Below the pieces are notes generated by a model that saw nothing but the letters and a program-made list of their open reading frames with translations, had not been told where the DNA came from and searched no databases. Below, piece after piece: positions 9,598 through 19,457 of a stretch of 64,000 bases of DNA; the stretch's first letter is position 1, and every line of letters begins with the position of its first letter. This DNA is from Clostridia bacterium (GTDB lineage Bacteria > Bacillota > Clostridia > Oscillospirales > CAG-272): the NCBI GenBank assembly GCA_017398595.1, contig JAFQFR010000015.1, positions 32,504-96,503 on the forward strand. Reading direction: 5' to 3'. Position numbers and translations under genes: made by a program.

Positions 9598-10346
9598 TAA
9601 AAGAGCTCGCTGTCCGCATAGGTACACTCCCTCGAAAGGTCGATGTGCTCCTCGCGAAGTCCCGCCTGCATGAGCAACGTTTTGTTGACGGCGCCCAGCC
9701 CGCAGAGGAATTTGCCTTCGTTTTCGGACGGACGCAGATGTGCAAAGGTCAGCGAGTCTTCGCCAACGGCGGCAAGCACCTGCTTTGCGACCTCTTCGCC
9801 CACCTCGTAGTTTGCCATCGAAATGTGCGGACCGATCGCCGCGCGAATGTCCTCGGCGGACGCGCCGAGATAGCACATCTTCTGCACCGTCTTGCCGACG
9901 ATGTTGCCCACCGTGCCGCGCCATCCCGCATGCACCGCGGCAATGACGCCCGCACCGGGATCGGCAAGCAGGATCGGCACGCAGTCAGCCACTCTGACAC
10001 CGAGTGCCGTGCCCGTCGAGCAGCTCACAAGCGCATCGCCCTCGAACGTGGCGGGGGTATAGATGCCGTGACCGCCCATCTCGCGATCCACAACGATTAC
10101 ATTCGTCGAATGGATCTGCGGCATGATGACCAGCGTCTCGGGATCGACATCGACCGCCTCGCAGAAGCGCTCAATGTTCTTCTTCACGATGATATCCGGG
10201 TCGCCGCGGTAAAATCCGAGATTGAGCGACTTTGTATGCGCCTGCTTCGACATGCCGCCGAGGCGGGTGGAAAAGCCGTGCCGCACGGGGTACATCCCCT
10301 CGGAATAAAAATAAGTTACGCCATTATAGTCTGTGCGTTTCTGCAT
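9540..10346 (-). CDS. pgeF: Peptidoglycan editing factor / purine nucleoside phosphorylase (YfiH/YlmD family)
   Basis: HGFSTRLGG, QIHS, ADCVPILL, HAGWRG, FYSHR motifs; start moved to ATG 10346. Confidence 0.92.
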   Translation of the reverse strand: MQKRTDYNGVTYFYSEGMYPVRHGFSTRLGGMSKQAHTKSLNLGFYRGDPDIIVKKNIERFCEAVDVDPETLVIMPQIHSTNVIVVDREMGGHGIYTPATFEGDALVSCSTGTALGVRVADCVPILLADPGAGVIAAVHAGWRGTVGNIVGKTVQKMCYLGASAEDIRAAIGPHISMANYEVGEEVAKQVLAAVGEDSLTFAHLRPSENEGKFLCGLGAVNKTLLMQAGLREEHIDLSRECTYADSELFYSHRRMGEKRGTMMGIIAI

Positions 10347-10438
10347 GATAGTTCGTTTTCCTCTTTGTGAAAATTGGAATAGGGGGAGTTTGCTCGCGAA
10401 AACGTGCAAACCACAGTGAAATTTTGCTGCGGCGATGA

Positions 10439-10630
10439 ATGATTTGCACGCAGTGCGTGCATGATTTGATGCTATGCATCATGATTTGACGGCGACGCCG
10501 TCATGATTTGAATTGCCCTTAATGCGCCGCAGCGCAAATCATGGAGCAAAGCGAGAAATCATGAACATGTAGTGTTCAAATCATGCCCTGTCAGGGGCAA
10601 TTCATGCAGGTTGCCCTACAGGCAACCTGC
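10439..10630. repeat. Heptamer-hairpin array, copy A (4x ATGATTT, then 3x AAATCAT and 1x AATTCAT)
   Basis: Heptamers separated by short hairpins; homologous to 17870-18056 and 37216-37395. Confidence 0.9.
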
Positions 10631-10632
10631 TT

Positions 10633-11544
10633 TTACAAAGCAAACAATTTCACCATTTTGATCGCGCTGCCCTTTTCATACTCGCGCACCTCGCCGACGG
10701 CGAAAAAGCCGCTCTCATCCAAGAGGCGCACGCGCGTGCCGACGGGCAGCTTCGTGCCGATCTTTTTCTGGTACACCTCGCAGCCGTTGCGGCAGAGACG
10801 TGCGAAAAAGGGCGTAAGACGCACCGCCGTAAGGTCGGTAAACGCACTCTCGATCGGCAGCAGTAGCGCCGCACGCTCGGACGGCTCCATTGCCTCCAGC
10901 TCCGCAAGCGTATGTGCCGCCGCAAGGTCGAACGCGCCGCTCACCGTGCGTCTGAGCGAGGACATCACCGCACCGCAGCCGAGCGTTTCCCCGAGCTCGG
11001 TGATGACCGTGCGGACATAGGTGCCCTTGGAGACCGCGAGCAAAAGGCGGTATTCGGTGTCCGAAATCTTCGCCGCCGCGGCGGAATAGATCTCGATGGG
11101 ACGCGGCGCGACCTCTACGGTCTCGCCCGCGCGCTGGTAGTCCACCAGTTTTTTGCCGTTCACCTTGATCGCCGAGGTCATCGGCGGGGTCTGCATCCGC
11201 TTGCCGACCATGGCAGCCACAGCAGCGAGCACTGCCGACTCGTCGGGAATGGTTGCGCCCGTTTCGCGCACTTCGCCGTCGGTATCGCCCGTTTCGCTGA
11301 CCTTACCGAGCGTGAACGTCGCCTCGTAGGCTTTATCATGCTCGGAGAGATATTCGGATGCCTTGACTGCTCTGCCGCAGAGGATGGGCAGAACACCGGT
11401 CGCCATGGGATCCAGCGTCCCTGTGTGTCCGATCTGCCGCGTATCAAAGAGCTTGCGCATTTTACTGACGGCATCGTGCGAGGTAAAGCCGCTCGGCTTA
11501 TCCAGCACCAAAATGCCGCAGAGATCGGTCGGTTTACTGCGCAT
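10633..11544 (-). CDS. truB: tRNA pseudouridine(55) synthase
   Basis: LDKPSGFTSHD, GHTGTLDPMATGVL, SKGTYVR. Confidence 0.97.
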   Translation of the reverse strand: MRSKPTDLCGILVLDKPSGFTSHDAVSKMRKLFDTRQIGHTGTLDPMATGVLPILCGRAVKASEYLSEHDKAYEATFTLGKVSETGDTDGEVRETGATIPDESAVLAAVAAMVGKRMQTPPMTSAIKVNGKKLVDYQRAGETVEVAPRPIEIYSAAAAKISDTEYRLLLAVSKGTYVRTVITELGETLGCGAVMSSLRRTVSGAFDLAAAHTLAELEAMEPSERAALLLPIESAFTDLTAVRLTPFFARLCRNGCEVYQKKIGTKLPVGTRVRLLDESGFFAVGEVREYEKGSAIKMVKLFAL

Positions 11545-13333
11545 CGTCCTCGGTCTTGGTCACGGCGAGGCAGAGCTCGTCGAGCGCCTTGGGATCCGGC
11601 AGACCGGGCGCCTTGCTCATCAGCTCGGATGCGTTCTGTACCTTCGGGAAAGCGATAACATCGCGGATGTCCTCAAGGCCGAGCAGCAGCGTGACCAGAC
11701 GGTCGAGACCGAATGCCATACCGCCGTGCGGGGGTACGCCGTACTTGAAGGCTTCTACGAGGTAGCCGAACTTCTCCTGTGCATCCTCGTCCGAAATGCC
11801 GAGCGCACGGAACATGCGGCTCTGGATCTCGGCGTCATGGATACGGATGGAGCCACCACCGAGCTCGGTGCCGTTAAGCACGATGTCATACGCGATGGCG
11901 CGGCAGTTTGCGGGGTCGCTCTCGATCTTGTCGAGGTCGTCGGGGTTCGGCATAGTGAAAGGATGATGCTTTGCGCAGTAGCGGTTCTCCTCCTCGGAGT
12001 ACTCGAACAACGGGAAGTCGGTCACCCACATAAATTTGAAGTCGCGGGGATCCAGCAGGTTCAGCTTCTTTGCACAGTGTACGCGGAGCGCGCCCAGCGT
12101 GTCAAATACAACGCTGTCCTTGTCTGCGCAGACGAGGATCAGGTCGCCGTCGCACAGCTCCATGCGCTCTGCGATCGCAGCATTCTCCTCGGCACTGAGG
12201 AACTTTGCAAACGAGGAAGAAACCTCGCCGTTTGCCATCTTCGTCCATGCAAGTCCCTTTGCGCGGTAGGATTTTGCGAACTCGGCGAGTGCGTCGATCT
12301 CCTTGCGGGAGAAGGATGCGCCGCCCTTGACGTTGATCGCGCGGACGCTGCCGCCGTTTGCGATCGCACCTGCAAATACCTTGAACTCGGTGTTTGCAAC
12401 GATGTCGGAGAGATTTTTCAGCTCAAAGCCGAAGCGCAGGTCGGGCTTATCCGAGCCGAAACGCTCCATAGCTTCTTTATATTCCATGCGCAAAAAGGGC
12501 GTCTCGATGTCGATGTCAAGCATCTCTTTCCACAGCTTCTTGAGGAAACCTTCGGTCACGGCGATGACGTCATCCTGCTTTACAAAGGACATTTCCACGT
12601 CGATCTGGGTAAACTCGGGCTGACGGTCTGCGCGCAGGTCCTCATCGCGGAAGCAGCGTGCGATCTGGAAATAGCGGTCAAAGCCGGCTACCATCAGAAG
12701 CTGCTTGTAGAGCTGGGGCGACTGGGGCAGCGCATAGAACTTGCCGGGGTGTACGCGGCTGGGTACGAGGTAGTCGCGCGCGCCTTCGGGCGATGGCTTG
12801 ATGAGGTCGGGGGTCTCAATGTCGATAAAGCCGTTATCCGCATAGTAATCGCGCGCGATCTTGGAGATCTTGGAGCGCGCGATGATGTTGCCCTGCAGGT
12901 CGGGACGGCGCAGGTCGAGATAACGGTAGGTCAGACGCAGCTCGGGACGAACGTTGCTGTTCTCCTCGATCGCAAAGGGAGGGGTCTGTGCCGAAGCGAG
13001 GACGCGCAGCTCGCTGACAGCGACCTCGATCTCACCGGTGGGGAGATTCTTGTTGACGGCGCCCTCTCCGCGTGCGCGGATGGTGCCCTTTGCCAGAAGG
13101 ACGTATTCACTTCTGACAGAGAATGCGGTGTTGAATACCTCGCGGTCGGTGTTCTCGTCAAATGCAAGCTGCAAAATGCCCGAGCGGTCGCGCAGGTCGA
13201 TGAAAATGAGCGAGCCGAGGTCACGCTGACGCTGTGCCCAGCCCATCACGCAGACTTCTCTGCCGATGTCTTTTGCCGAAAATTCGGCGCAGCGCGCCGT
13301 GCGGTTGTCGTTTTGATTTAAAAGTTGTGCCAT
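11534..13333 (-). CDS. aspS: Aspartate--tRNA ligase
   Basis: FIDLRDRSG, PEGARDYLVPSR, CFRDEDLRADRQPEFTQ, PPHGGMAFGLDR. Confidence 0.98.
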   Translation of the reverse strand: MAQLLNQNDNRTARCAEFSAKDIGREVCVMGWAQRQRDLGSLIFIDLRDRSGILQLAFDENTDREVFNTAFSVRSEYVLLAKGTIRARGEGAVNKNLPTGEIEVAVSELRVLASAQTPPFAIEENSNVRPELRLTYRYLDLRRPDLQGNIIARSKISKIARDYYADNGFIDIETPDLIKPSPEGARDYLVPSRVHPGKFYALPQSPQLYKQLLMVAGFDRYFQIARCFRDEDLRADRQPEFTQIDVEMSFVKQDDVIAVTEGFLKKLWKEMLDIDIETPFLRMEYKEAMERFGSDKPDLRFGFELKNLSDIVANTEFKVFAGAIANGGSVRAINVKGGASFSRKEIDALAEFAKSYRAKGLAWTKMANGEVSSSFAKFLSAEENAAIAERMELCDGDLILVCADKDSVVFDTLGALRVHCAKKLNLLDPRDFKFMWVTDFPLFEYSEEENRYCAKHHPFTMPNPDDLDKIESDPANCRAIAYDIVLNGTELGGGSIRIHDAEIQSRMFRALGISDEDAQEKFGYLVEAFKYGVPPHGGMAFGLDRLVTLLLGLEDIRDVIAFPKVQNASELMSKAPGLPDPKALDELCLAVTKTEDDAQ

Positions 13334-13379
13334 GATTTCAAAACTCCTTCTATTTTAAAAGTTCCTGTTTGATTTTATT

Positions 13380-14798
13380 TTATTCTGCGGAAAGTCTTTT
13401 CTCAATAATGGAAAGTGCCTTTTCGTAGAGCGTTTTGCGATTGTAATAGTTGATCGCCAGCCTGTCGTCCCCCTCGCGGAGCGTATCGGCAAGCAGGCCG
13501 TCAATGTCGCCGTAGCCGAACAGCGCGCTGAGGTCGCACGCCGCCGTGTCTGCAAGGAGCGAAAGGATCTTTTCGTCCTCGGCATTGCCCGCCGTGACCT
13601 GCTGCCGCAGTACGGGTTCGATGTATCCGTAGGACAGAAATGCCATACGGCTGACCAGATATTCGATCTTGACAGGCTCTGCGGCGTTTTTCGGAATGGC
13701 AAGCATCGTCGTGTGCGCAAGGTCGATATAGCTGTGATAGTCCTCTTCTGCCGTTTTCTTCGGCAGCGGAAGAATGCCGATGTTCGTGATGGTCTCACGA
13801 ATACTGTGGATCTCCGAGAGCTTATGTACCGAGAAGAGCGCCGCCCCCTCGCTGAACGCATACGCATTTTCAACGGTGGTCTCATCCTCTGTGAGCGTTT
13901 TTACGGCAGCAAGGCACTCGCGCAGTGCAGACAGCGATACGATCGACAAAGTATCTGCATCGGTGGTTACGAAATTGCCGCCCGCACCGAAATAGAGCGG
14001 GAAAATATCCGCACTGTCGTAGCTGAACCCGTAAAACGCGCCGTCTCCGTACGCTTCGGCGAGCAGCCTTTGCTCCTCGGTGGGGACAACATAGGCAGCA
14101 CGGCTTGCCGCCAGCAGCGTCTCCACGGTGAAATCCCCCGCCAGCGCCAGCGAAGCGAGCGTCTGCCCGTCCGCAAACGGCAAATCCACGGTTTCTGCAA
14201 GCGAGCGGTTGTATACGATCACGGCAGCATTCGAGCGTGCGTCCGCCGCCGACGAGGAGATCAGGTACTTGCCGCCGTAGATGGAGAGCTCGTCCATAAT
14301 ATCGCCGTCAAACCACGCCTTTTCGCCGCGGATATAGGCGCTGTCCGACACATCCGCAAGATACCCCGCGGAAAGCAGAACCGAAAGCGAACCGGCGGCA
14401 TCCGCCGCATACAGATTATACCGATTTTCGCCCGAAAGGATGTCCTCTTTGGCGGTCTTTACAAAATCATCGGTAACGGTCACGAGCAGTGCCGCTCCCG
14501 TTTCTACCGAAAGATGCTCATTTCGTTTGGCAGCGTTTGCGGACAGGGTAGTCGTGGTGCTGCTTTCGGCAGCAAAGGTCTCGGAAGCTTCCCTGTCGCA
14601 AAGGATGTGCAGCGCAAATCCCTCCACGTCCTCCACCACCCGCTCGGGCGGTAAAACGGACGCAAGCGCTTCGCGCTGCAGGCGGTTGTCCTCTTCCGTA
14701 TCCGCATCGCGATCCGCGGTGAGCAAAAACGGCAGCGTGCCGAGCATGATCGCGCCAAGCATCAGACATACCAGTATGATTACGCCTTTTTTGGTAAT
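13380..14798 (-). CDS. Membrane-anchored extracellular solute-binding-like protein (no adjacent permease)
   Basis: Hydrophobic N-terminal anchor; YNRSL, GDFTVE and IGILPLPK resemble clostridial sugar-binding proteins. The start is uncertain (ATT at 14798 is 8 nt from a GGGGG RBS). Confidence 0.6.
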   Translation of the reverse strand: MTKKGVIILVCLMLGAIMLGTLPFLLTADRDADTEEDNRLQREALASVLPPERVVEDVEGFALHILCDREASETFAAESSTTTTLSANAAKRNEHLSVETGAALLVTVTDDFVKTAKEDILSGENRYNLYAADAAGSLSVLLSAGYLADVSDSAYIRGEKAWFDGDIMDELSIYGGKYLISSSAADARSNAAVIVYNRSLAETVDLPFADGQTLASLALAGDFTVETLLAASRAAYVVPTEEQRLLAEAYGDGAFYGFSYDSADIFPLYFGAGGNFVTTDADTLSIVSLSALRECLAAVKTLTEDETTVENAYAFSEGAALFSVHKLSEIHSIRETITNIGILPLPKKTAEEDYHSYIDLAHTTMLAIPKNAAEPVKIEYLVSRMAFLSYGYIEPVLRQQVTAGNAEDEKILSLLADTAACDLSALFGYGDIDGLLADTLREGDDRLAINYYNRKTLYEKALSIIEKRLSAE

Positions 14799-14816
14799 AC
14801 GGACAACCCCCTTTCC

Positions 14817-14935
14817 GGTAAATTCGCCTGCGGCGAGTGAAATTTGCGCCTCGCGCAAGTGAAATCCGCACCTGCGGTGCGGGCGAAATCCACGCCCTCG
14901 CGTGGGTTATGGTATAAAATCGCGCTGCGATTTTA
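14817..14935. repeat. GTGAAAT-hairpin array (sister architecture to the ATGATTT arrays)
   Basis: ggtaaat/GTGAAAT/GTGAAAT/GCGAAAT, each followed by a 5-7 bp hairpin. Confidence 0.8.
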
Positions 14936-14996
14936 GGATCTTATATCTGCACGCCGTCATTTTAAGCGGAGCATTCTCGTGCTCGTCAACTTAAAC

Positions 14997-15148
14997 GGTA
15001 GGGGAGGGGCTTGCTTCTCCCGTATACAACCATCATGTCGCGGCAAAACGGACAGTCGAGGACGCCTGTCCCTACAGGTTTGTGCGGGCAGAAACAATGT
15101 GCGTTATTGCCCTCACCAAACCGTAGGGGAACAGCGACCGAAGGTCGC
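14997..15148. repeat. Cluster of GTAG-type REP elements
   Basis: GTAGGGGAGGGGC..CTTCTCCC, the inverted unit GGACAG..CTGTCCCTAC, and a third GTAGGGG unit. Confidence 0.65.
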
Positions 15149-15174
15149 ATTAGGCTTGTTTCTCCCGAAAAATC

Positions 15175-16341
15175 TTATATCTGCACGCGTTTTACGCGTT
15201 TGCTGACGAGGCAGATGGCTTCGTAATTGATGGTACCCGCGGCTTTACACAGGCGGGCGAGGTTTTCGCCGCTGGCATCGAAGATGTAGACATAGTCACC
15301 GACCGAAACATCGGCATCGGTGACATCGACCATGCACTGGTCCATGCAGACTCTGCCGAGCAGGCGCACCGCCTTGCCGCCCGCGATGACCGTGCCGCCG
15401 TTTTTGTAGCCGCGCAAAAATCCGTCGGCATAGCCGATCGGGATCGTCGCGACCGTCATTTCTCTGTCGGCGCAGAACTCCGCGCCGTAGCTGACGCAGT
15501 CACCCGCGTGCAGTTTATGGATATGGGCAATGCGGCTCTTCAGGCGCATGACGGGAATGAGTCCGTCGTCCTTCGCCTCGTCCGAGGGCGAGAGTCCGTA
15601 AAGCACGATGCCCAGACGCACCATGTCCTGGTACATAGCGGGGAAACGCAGTGCCCCCGCGCTGTTGCAGATATGCTTGGTCGCAAAGTGTACACCCGCC
15701 GCTTCACAGCGTCTGACCACCGCGTCGTAGCGGTCGAACTGCGCCTTCGACATGGCAATATCGCCCTCGTCGGCGCAGGCAAAGTGCGAGAAGATACCGT
15801 CGATGCGGATGCCGGGCAGCTCTGCCACGGCACAGATCTCGCGCACGGTATGTTCCGCCGCTTCCGCATGCGTGTCAAAGCCGAGACGGTTCATGCCGCT
15901 GTCGAGCTTGATGTGACAGCGGATAATATCCTCGCCGCCGAGCACGCCGCTCTCGCGCAGCGCGCAGAGCGAGTCGGACAGCGCCTTGGCATATTCGAGC
16001 GAATAGACCGCCTGCGTGATCTTATGTCTTGCGAGCAGCTTGACATTCTCGTATTCCGCAGGGGTGTAGCCGAGGATCAGAATGCTTTTTGCCACGCAGT
16101 TCTTAGCGTCGAGGATCTCGTAGATCTGCTCTGCTTCCTCAATACTGGAAACGGCAAAATGCCGCGCCCCCGCCGCAAACAGTGCGGGCACGCAGATCTC
16201 GGCGGAGTGTCCGTAGGCGTCCGCCTTGACCACGCACATCGGCTCGGTCGCAGCCGATGCTTTTTGTATTTTATCGCGCAGATACCGAAAATTGTGCTGC
16301 AGGGCAGACACATCGATCTCTGCAATATTTTTTTCGGTCAC
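15175..16341 (-). CDS. alr: Alanine racemase
   Basis: VVKADAYGH (PLP lysine), HIKLDSGMNRLG, IGYADG, GRVCMDQ. Confidence 0.97.
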   Translation of the reverse strand: MTEKNIAEIDVSALQHNFRYLRDKIQKASAATEPMCVVKADAYGHSAEICVPALFAAGARHFAVSSIEEAEQIYEILDAKNCVAKSILILGYTPAEYENVKLLARHKITQAVYSLEYAKALSDSLCALRESGVLGGEDIIRCHIKLDSGMNRLGFDTHAEAAEHTVREICAVAELPGIRIDGIFSHFACADEGDIAMSKAQFDRYDAVVRRCEAAGVHFATKHICNSAGALRFPAMYQDMVRLGIVLYGLSPSDEAKDDGLIPVMRLKSRIAHIHKLHAGDCVSYGAEFCADREMTVATIPIGYADGFLRGYKNGGTVIAGGKAVRLLGRVCMDQCMVDVTDADVSVGDYVYIFDASGENLARLCKAAGTINYEAICLVSKRVKRVQI

Positions 16342-16853
16342 TGTGGATCACTCCTTTCCATGCGCGCAAAGCGCAAAACCTGTATATCGTATTCTCTGCC
16401 GTCTACCGTGCCGCAAAGGCGCAGCGGCAACCCCTCGGGATCGGTATATACCGTGTAGCTGTCCGCACCGTCACTGCCCGAAAAGCAGCGCTCGCCGTCC
16501 GTGTCGGACACAAAGCGCAAGGTATCGGCAGGCGGCACAAACAGCGCCGTGAAGCCGAACATCCCGTCTGCCGCCTCGGCGGCATAACAGAGGTCACCGA
16601 CCGTGACCGTGATCGCGCCGTCCGTTCCCCGCACTGCCGTCATGCCGCAGAGGCTCTCGGGCGCGCCAAAGACAAGCGTTTCGGTTCCCGCGGCGTTCGT
16701 ATACGTCGCCGCATAGTCTCTGCCGCCGAGCGAAAAGGCAATGTCGGCAGTAAAATCCGTGCCCGAAAGATCAGGCGCCGCAATCCCTGCCGCACATCCG
16801 CAGAGCAGGGCGCAAATAAGCGAAAGGATAACAACTTTTTTCAAACAAACCAC
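16338..16853 (-). CDS. Putative lipoprotein (position upstream of alr suggests GerS/LolA-like)
   Basis: Signal peptide with lipobox LCGC; 4-nt overlap with alr. Confidence 0.6.
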   Translation of the reverse strand: MVCLKKVVILSLICALLCGCAAGIAAPDLSGTDFTADIAFSLGGRDYAATYTNAAGTETLVFGAPESLCGMTAVRGTDGAITVTVGDLCYAAEAADGMFGFTALFVPPADTLRFVSDTDGERCFSGSDGADSYTVYTDPEGLPLRLCGTVDGREYDIQVLRFARMERSDPQ

Positions 16854-16921
16854 CTCATAAAAACATATGAGGTGAAAATATCGGAATATGAATGCGGGGC
16901 GGGATGTGCCGATGACCCGTT

Positions 16922-17461
16922 TTACTCGGGCAACGTATCCGATACCACCGTGATCGACGGAACCTGATGATAGATATTTCGGATCAGGCGTGCGGTCGCG
17001 TCAAACAGAACCGCTTTATGCGTCTTGTTCTCCTCGTACACAAGGACATACGCATTCTCGGCTGTGGGCGAAGAGCGGAAATCCAGCACCGACGTTACCG
17101 AAAAGCCATCAATGCGTCCGTCCGTGTACGGTGCGACGCGTCTGGCGCTCTTTTTAAGATCCACCGAAAGTTTCTCACGGCGGTACTGCTTGGAATAGAC
17201 GGCGGCAAAGTCCAGCGTGCTGCCAGTCTGCGTGTATTCATACTCAATAAAAGTAAAGCGCGAAAGATACCAGAGTGCAAGGCATACGGCTGCGAAGATA
17301 AGGAGTCCGAATGTAAAGCCGGCAGCAGGCAGGATCTTCCAGAAAAAGACGACGACAAACACGATTGCCAGCACGATCGACAGGCAAAGCATCAGGCGGT
17401 AACGTCCCTCTTTCTTTTTTTCCACTGCGTATTCGCAAAAATCATGCTCGTACATATGCAA
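16922..17461 (-). CDS. Conserved membrane protein (DUF6106-like)
   Basis: EYAVEKK, two TM helices, EYEYT..LD motif. Confidence 0.65.
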   Translation of the reverse strand: MHMYEHDFCEYAVEKKKEGRYRLMLCLSIVLAIVFVVVFFWKILPAAGFTFGLLIFAAVCLALWYLSRFTFIEYEYTQTGSTLDFAAVYSKQYRREKLSVDLKKSARRVAPYTDGRIDGFSVTSVLDFRSSPTAENAYVLVYEENKTHKAVLFDATARLIRNIYHQVPSITVVSDTLPE

Positions 17462-17601
17462 ACCTCCATACTTATTCAGTTTAGTATAGCATACGAGCGG
17501 CGCAATTTCAATATTTTTGCAGATTTCTTATTGAATATTCGAACGTTTTATAGTAAAATAGTATTGTTATAAAATTCACTATATATTGGAGAACCACAAC
17601 T

Positions 17602-17871
17602 ATGAAAGCAGTTATTACGGTTATCGGTAAAGACCAGGTCGGCATCATCGCTTCTGTCAGCGCAAAATGTGCAGAGCACGGTGCAAACATCACGGAGATC
17701 ACGCAGAGCGTTCTCGACCAGTACTTTGCCATGATCATGATCGCCGACATCGACGGACTGAAAGCCGATTTCGTTACATTTGCAGACGAGCTGGAAGCAC
17801 TCGGCAAGAACAGCGGTCTTGAGATCCGCTGCATGCACGAGGACATCTTCGACGCGATGCATAAGATCTGA
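17602..17871 (+). CDS. ACT-domain protein (UPF0237)
   Basis: MKAVITVIGKDQVGIIA...HEDIFDAMHKI; normal partner of DUF711. Confidence 0.92.
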   Translation: MKAVITVIGKDQVGIIASVSAKCAEHGANITEITQSVLDQYFAMIMIADIDGLKADFVTFADELEALGKNSGLEIRCMHEDIFDAMHKI

Positions 17872-18056
17872 TGCTTGCCGCAGGCAAGCATCCATGAATT
17901 GCCCCTCACGGGGCATGATTTGAACACTCCGTGTTCATGATTTGGCTGCGCCATGATTTGCGCTGCGGCGCATAGGGCAATTCAAATCATGACGGCGGTG
18001 CCGTCAAATCATGATGCCGCAGGCATCAAATCATGCGCGCAAAGCGCGCAAATCAT
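17870..18056. repeat. Heptamer-hairpin array, copy B
   Basis: ATGAATT + 3x ATGATTT + 4x AAATCAT with hairpin spacers; colinear with the reverse complement of copy A. Confidence 0.9.
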
Positions 18057-18091
18057 CCTTTCAATTCAATTATCATAAGGAATCAATTATC

Positions 18092-19450
18092 ATGATCAAC
18101 ACCCAGGACATCTTAGAAACCATCAATATGATCCGCGAGGAGAACCTCGACGTGCGCACGGTCACGATGGGCATCTCGCTCTACGACTGTGTCAGCGATG
18201 ACGTGGACAAGCTCTGCGCCAATATTTACGACAAGCTGATGACCAGCGCAAAGGATCTCGTTCCCACCGCGGAAGCAATCGAAAAGCTGTACGGTATTCC
18301 GATCGTCAACAAGCGCGTTTCGGTCACGCCGATCTCCTATATCGGCGGCAAGGCAGGCCCCGACGGCTATATCAAGATCGCAAAGACGCTGGACCGCGCT
18401 GCAAGCGATCTCGGCATCAACTTTATCGGCGGTTACTCGGCACTGGTGCAAAAGGGCATGACCCGCGGCGCCGATGCACTGATCGAATCCATCCCCGACG
18501 CGCTGGCAGAGACCAACATGGTCTGCTCCTCGGTCAACGTCGGCTCGACGCGCGCCGGCATCAACATGGATGCCGTTGCACGCATGGGCAGAACCGTTAA
18601 GGCTGCCGCCGAAAAGACAGCAGACCGCGACGCGATCGGCTGTGCAAAGCTCGTTGTCTTTGCCAACGCCGTAGACGACAACCCCTTCATGGCGGGTGCG
18701 TTCCACGGCACGGGAGAGGGCGACTGCGTCATCAATGTCGGCGTCAGCGGCCCCGGCGTTGTCGAAAAGGCGATCCGCCGCGCAGGCGACTGCGATTTTT
18801 CCGCGCTCGCCGATGTTATCAAGAAGACCGCGTTCAAGATCACCCGCGTGGGTCAGCTTGTCGCGTATGAAGCCTCCAAGCGTCTGAACGTGCCCTACGG
18901 CATCGTTGACCTTTCGCTCGCACCCACGCCCGCCATCGGCGACAGCGTGGCATGCATCCTCGAGTCCATGGGACTGGACGTTTGCGGCGGTCCCGGTACC
19001 ACCGCGGCACTCGCCATGCTCAACGACGCGGTCAAGAAGGGCGGCGTCATGGCATCCAGCCATGTCGGCGGTCTGTCGGGCGCATTTATCCCCGTCAGTG
19101 AGGACGCGGGCATGATCGCAGCAGCCGAGGGTGGCGTGCTGACGCTCGAAAAGCTCGAAGCCATGACCGCCGTTTGCTCGGTAGGTCTGGACATGATCTG
19201 CATCCCCGGCGACACCACCGCCGAAACGATCAGCGGCATCATCGCCGACGAGATCGCCATCGGCATGGTCAACAACAAGACCACCGCTGTCCGCGTGATC
19301 CCCGCACCCGGCAAGGGCGTCGGCGAGAAGGTCGAATTCGGCGGTCTGCTCGGCTATGCACCCGTTATGCGCGTAAATCCCGTCTCCTGCGAGAAGTTCA
19401 TCGCCCGCGGCGGCCGTATCCCCGCACCGATCCACTCGCTGAAGAACTAA
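18092..19450 (+). CDS. PFL-like family protein (DUF711/UPF0210)
   Basis: [49 protein letters not shown]. The start is moved to 18092 because the upstream extension is the repeat array. Confidence 0.93.
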   Translation: MINTQDILETINMIREENLDVRTVTMGISLYDCVSDDVDKLCANIYDKLMTSAKDLVPTAEAIEKLYGIPIVNKRVSVTPISYIGGKAGPDGYIKIAKTLDRAASDLGINFIGGYSALVQKGMTRGADALIESIPDALAETNMVCSSVNVGSTRAGINMDAVARMGRTVKAAAEKTADRDAIGCAKLVVFANAVDDNPFMAGAFHGTGEGDCVINVGVSGPGVVEKAIRRAGDCDFSALADVIKKTAFKITRVGQLVAYEASKRLNVPYGIVDLSLAPTPAIGDSVACILESMGLDVCGGPGTTAALAMLNDAVKKGGVMASSHVGGLSGAFIPVSEDAGMIAAAEGGVLTLEKLEAMTAVCSVGLDMICIPGDTTAETISGIIADEIAIGMVNNKTTAVRVIPAPGKGVGEKVEFGGLLGYAPVMRVNPVSCEKFIARGGRIPAPIHSLKN

Positions 19451-19457
19451 GGTAAAT

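Noticed and set aside
10439-10630. Heptamer arrays as CRISPR arrays
   Set aside because: Repeats are 7 nt and spacers mostly 9-17 nt and self-complementary, half the array is inverted, and no cas genes are present.
11363-13321. Long antisense ORFs (652 aa here; also 2909-4315, 18113-19435, 37921-40083, 40150-42156)
   Set aside because: They mirror conserved genes codon for codon. This is expected from biased high-GC codon usage, and they show no RBS or recognisable motifs.
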